DNA from: Eledone cirrhosa
Lineage: Eukaryota
NCBI GenBank assembly: GCA_964016885.1
Contig: OZ024743.1
Location: 32,550,001 to 32,614,000 of the forward strand
Direction of reading: 5' to 3'
Length of the DNA stretch: 64,000 bases
Shown here: one piece after another, positions 60,870-64,000 of the stretch
Layout of the letters: each line of letters begins with the position of its first letter
How positions within the stretch are numbered: the first letter of the stretch is position 1
Program-made: the position numbers and the translations under genes
The notes under the pieces: generated by a model
What the model saw: the letters and a program-made list of their open reading frames with translations, nothing else
Databases searched by the model: none
What the model was told of the DNA's origin: nothing

Positions 60870-62177
60870 CAGGGTGTGGACGATATTTGTTCGCAATTTT
60901 CAACTGCTAATTTTATGCAAATTTTTTTTACTTCCGTTGTCACTCTTGTCTTCATAAAAACAGTGACTATATTTTCATTTCCATTATTTATTTTCCGAAT
61001 AATTGATTATGAATAATTTTGAACCTCCAAATTTGTGGAAGAGACACGGAGTTCTTCTTGGAATCCACGCCGGGAGGACAAATAAGGAAATTTCAGACTT
61101 TCTCAGCGTCAGCAGGAGAATGGTAGAAAAGGTCAGAAAGAAATTGAGATTCAGGATTCGACTACGAAGCAACATCGGAGAGGAAAACACAGGATCGACG
61201 ATCTGACGCCTTCAGAACGCCCGAGTTCGTCACTGAAGTTCAGGATATCATCAACAATGAACCTAGCAAGTCGATGCATGCCATTGCAAGGGAGAAAGGC
61301 GTGGATGAAAAGCTCATTAGGCTGGTGGTACATGAAGACATTTGCTATGTTTCATACAAGATGAGGAAAGGACAATTTCTGTCAAAGGCGATGCAAGAAA
61401 AGCGACTGAAGCATGCAAAGCTGATCAACAAGTTGAAACACCCACTGGAGCCAGACATGCTGTGGTTTTTCTCCGGCGAGAAAAACTTCTGCCAAGACCA
61501 GAAGATCAACTCCCAAAACAACAGGTGGCTCGCTGTCTCATCCAAAGACGTGCCCAGAGTCATGCAGACAAAGTTTCCAGCGACAACATTGGTCTTAGGT
61601 GTTGTCAGCAGTCAAGGTGACGTCATGCCACCTCACTTCTTCCCTGAGGGCCTCAAGCTGAACACTGATAGCTACATCCGCGTTCTAAGCGAGGTAGTAA
61701 AGCCCTGGATCGACCAGGTAACTGCAGGTAGGCCGTACATGTGGCAGCAAGACTCAGCGCCCTGCCATACCAGCCAAAAGACTCAAGCCTGGCTGTCAGA
61801 GAACTTCGTCAACCACACTTTACCTGACATCTGGCCTTCCAGCTCGCCTGACTGCAACCCCCTCGACTTCTTTGTGTGGGGCGTAGTGGAACGAGACACC
61901 AACAGATCTAGCTGCAATACGAAAGACGATCTGAAGGCCAGGATCACAAGTGCCTTTAGGGGCCTAAGTCGGGGGACAGTGACAAAGGCTTGTAGCCGGT
62001 TCCGAGGCCGCCTTGAGGCCGTCATCAAAGCCAATGGCGGGTTTATAGAGTGAGATCGAAAGAACAAGTCATGAAGACAAACTGACCCAAGTTTGATAAA
62101 TATATCTTAAAAAATAAAACTACTGTGTTACCTTTTCCTAGACAGTAATCTTGCGAACAAATATTGTCTGCACCCTG
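60870..62177 (+). mobile_element. Full-length Tc1/mariner DNA transposon, DD37D (maT) family, 1308 bp
   Basis: 27-bp TIRs CAGGGTGTGGACGATATTTGTTCGCAA / CAGGGTGCAGACAATATTTGTTCGCAA (3 mismatches); TA TSD within a TA-rich microsatellite. Confidence 0.95.
61009..62053 (+). pseudogene. maT/DD37D transposase, inactivated (one frameshift at about 61147; first catalytic Asp changed to Gly)
   Basis: HTH N-terminus from ATG 61009. The second frame continues DSGFDY...RSDAFRTPEFV...PSKSMHAIARE, WFFSGEKNF (expected SDEK), QQDSAPCH and SPDCNPLD, with 37 residues between the second and third Asp. Confidence 0.93.
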
Positions 62178-62269
62178 TATGTATATATATATAGTATGTA
62201 TATGTATGTATGAAGGTATATGTATGTATGTATGCATATGTATTTATGTGTATGTATGTATGTATATCT

Positions 62270-62815
62270 AGGAGAGGAAATTGCATTGGTATGGACATGT
62301 GATGCATATAAAAGGTGACAGTTGCATAAAAAGGTGCAGAGCACCAAAAGTCGCTGGCAGCCTTGGAATGGGGAGACCCAAGAAGACCTGGAATGAGTTG
62401 ATAAAAACTGACTTTTCTCAATTGCACCTGTCAAAGGCGATGACACAGAACCAAGACCTCTGGGGTTATGCAGTAATACAGAAGACCTGAATTCCCACAG
62501 GTACAAGCTGAAGCTGAAGCATATAGACAATATGCTCCCATGCCCCTCCCACTGTATAGTGGTCATGTAGGTGTCACGATTAAAAGCACCCAGTCCGCAC
62601 TGTAAAGTGATTGTGTAGGCACCACTGTAAAAAAGCATCCACTACTCACTGTAAATGAGGTTGGTGTTAGGAAGGGCATCCAGCTATAGAAACTGAGCCA
62701 AAATCAGTCCTGTATGAGCAAGACATGGTCACCTGACCTGGCATTGCCCACAACAGGACAATTCGTCTAACCCATGCTAGTGTGGAAACATTGATATAAA
62801 ACGGTGATGATGAAG
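62270..62815 (+). mobile_element. RTE-A-related 3' end, moderately diverged
   Basis: WYGHVM...GRPKKTWNELIK, UTR array and tail; both ends lie in TA-rich microsatellite. Confidence 0.9.
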
Positions 62816-62830
62816 ATATATGTATGTATA

Positions 62831-62886
<56 letters not shown>

Positions 62887-62898
62887 TACATATATATA

Positions 62899-63228
62899 TC
62901 ATCATCATCATTTTACGTCCGCTTTTCCCTGCTTGCAAGGGTGGGACGGGAACTGATTCTGGCTTGATTTCTACAGCTGGATGCCCTTCCTAACACCAAC
63001 CTTGTTTACAGTGAGTGGTGGGTGCTTTTTTGCAGTGGCACCTCCACGAGCACTTTACAGTGGAATGATATGGACCCCAGTCCCTATCATTTCATTTCTA
63101 CAGCTGAGTAAATTGGAGCAATGTGAAATAAAGTGTCTTGCTCAAGGAAACAACACATCACCCGGTCTGAGAACTCACAACCTTTCGATTGCAAGGCCAA
63201 TGCTCTAACGACTAAGCCATGTGCCTCC
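62899..63228 (-). mobile_element. SINE family 2, full length
   Basis: Reverse complement of 20137-20473, with a (CAT)n tail and TA flanks. Confidence 0.9.
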
Positions 63229-63232
63229 ATAT

Positions 63233-64000
63233 ATCATCATCATCACCGTTTTACGTCCGTTCTTCCATGCTAGCATGGGTTAGATGGGTTGCCCTGTTGT
63301 GAGCAGTGTCTGGTCGGCTGACCATGCCTTGCTCATACAGGAACTGATTTTGGCTTGATTTCTACAGCTGGATGCCCTTCCTAATACCAACCTCATTTAC
63401 AGTGAGTGCTGGGTGCTTTTTCCATGGCGCCTACACGTCCACTTTACAGTGTGGGCTGGGTGCTTTTTTGCCGTGGCACCTCCACGACCACTTTGCAGTG
63501 GAAGGGTGTGGGGGGCATATTGTCTATATGCTTCAGCTTGTACCCTTGGGGGGGTCAGGTATTCTGTATTACTGCATGACACCAGAGGTCACGGTTGTGT
63601 GTCATCGCCTTTGAGAGGTGTAATTGGGTAAGGTCGGCTTTTATCACCTCATCCCAGGTCTTTTTGGGTCTCCCCATTCCGCAGTTTCCATTGACTTCTA
63701 GTGCTCTGCACCTTTTTATGCAGCTGTCATCCTTCATATGCATCACATGTCCATACCAACGCAACCGCCTCTCCTGCACACAGCATTTGATTCCTCTTAT
63801 GCTCAGTCTCTCTCTCAATTTATTTATGCTTTGCCGTTCGCGTATATTACTATTACACATCCATCGGAGCATGCAGGCTTCGTTTCTTTCTAATCTACAT
63901 AAGTCTGCTACCTTCAGCGCCCAGGTCTCACTACCATGTAACATTGCTGTTTGTCAACACGCATCATACAGTCTGCCTTTCATTTTGAGGGAAAAGCCTT
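63233..64000 (-). mobile_element. RTE subfamily A, runs off the window edge
   Basis: (CAT)n tail, UTR array, MLHGSETWALK...RRLRWYGHV. Confidence 0.95.

Noticed and set aside
61274-62053. Functional 259-aa transposase
   Set aside because: It lacks the N-terminal HTH because of the frameshift, and the first catalytic Asp is Gly.

Overview
AT-rich, repeat-dense animal genomic DNA. The SINE/LINE repertoire and microsatellite style suggest a cephalopod (octopus-like) genome; this is an inference, not a database match. No host gene can be called securely: there is one low-confidence minus-strand first coding exon (5788-5913) and two weak promoter-like motif clusters. The window is dominated by RTE-clade LINEs of at least three subfamilies. 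Two long 5'-truncated copies (21441-23342 and 38259-40945) keep open reading frames, and both carry a C4HC3 PHD-type finger inserted inside the reverse transcriptase. Subfamilies A and B also have a 3' UTR built from a variable-number array of 48-nt units with covarying hairpins, and a tRNA-headed SINE has borrowed that UTR. Other elements: a full-length but dead DD37D (maT) Tc1/mariner transposon; relics of CRE, R4/Dong-like, CR1 and Jockey/I-like LINEs; several SINE families; TTAA (piggyBac-type), TA (Tc1/pogo-type) and hAT MITEs; and several near-perfect local fold-back palindromes. The most interesting candidate system is the RTE element combining a PHD-in-RT, a structured tandem 3' UTR array and a partner SINE. 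Coordinates were read by eye and the ends of degenerate elements are approximate.
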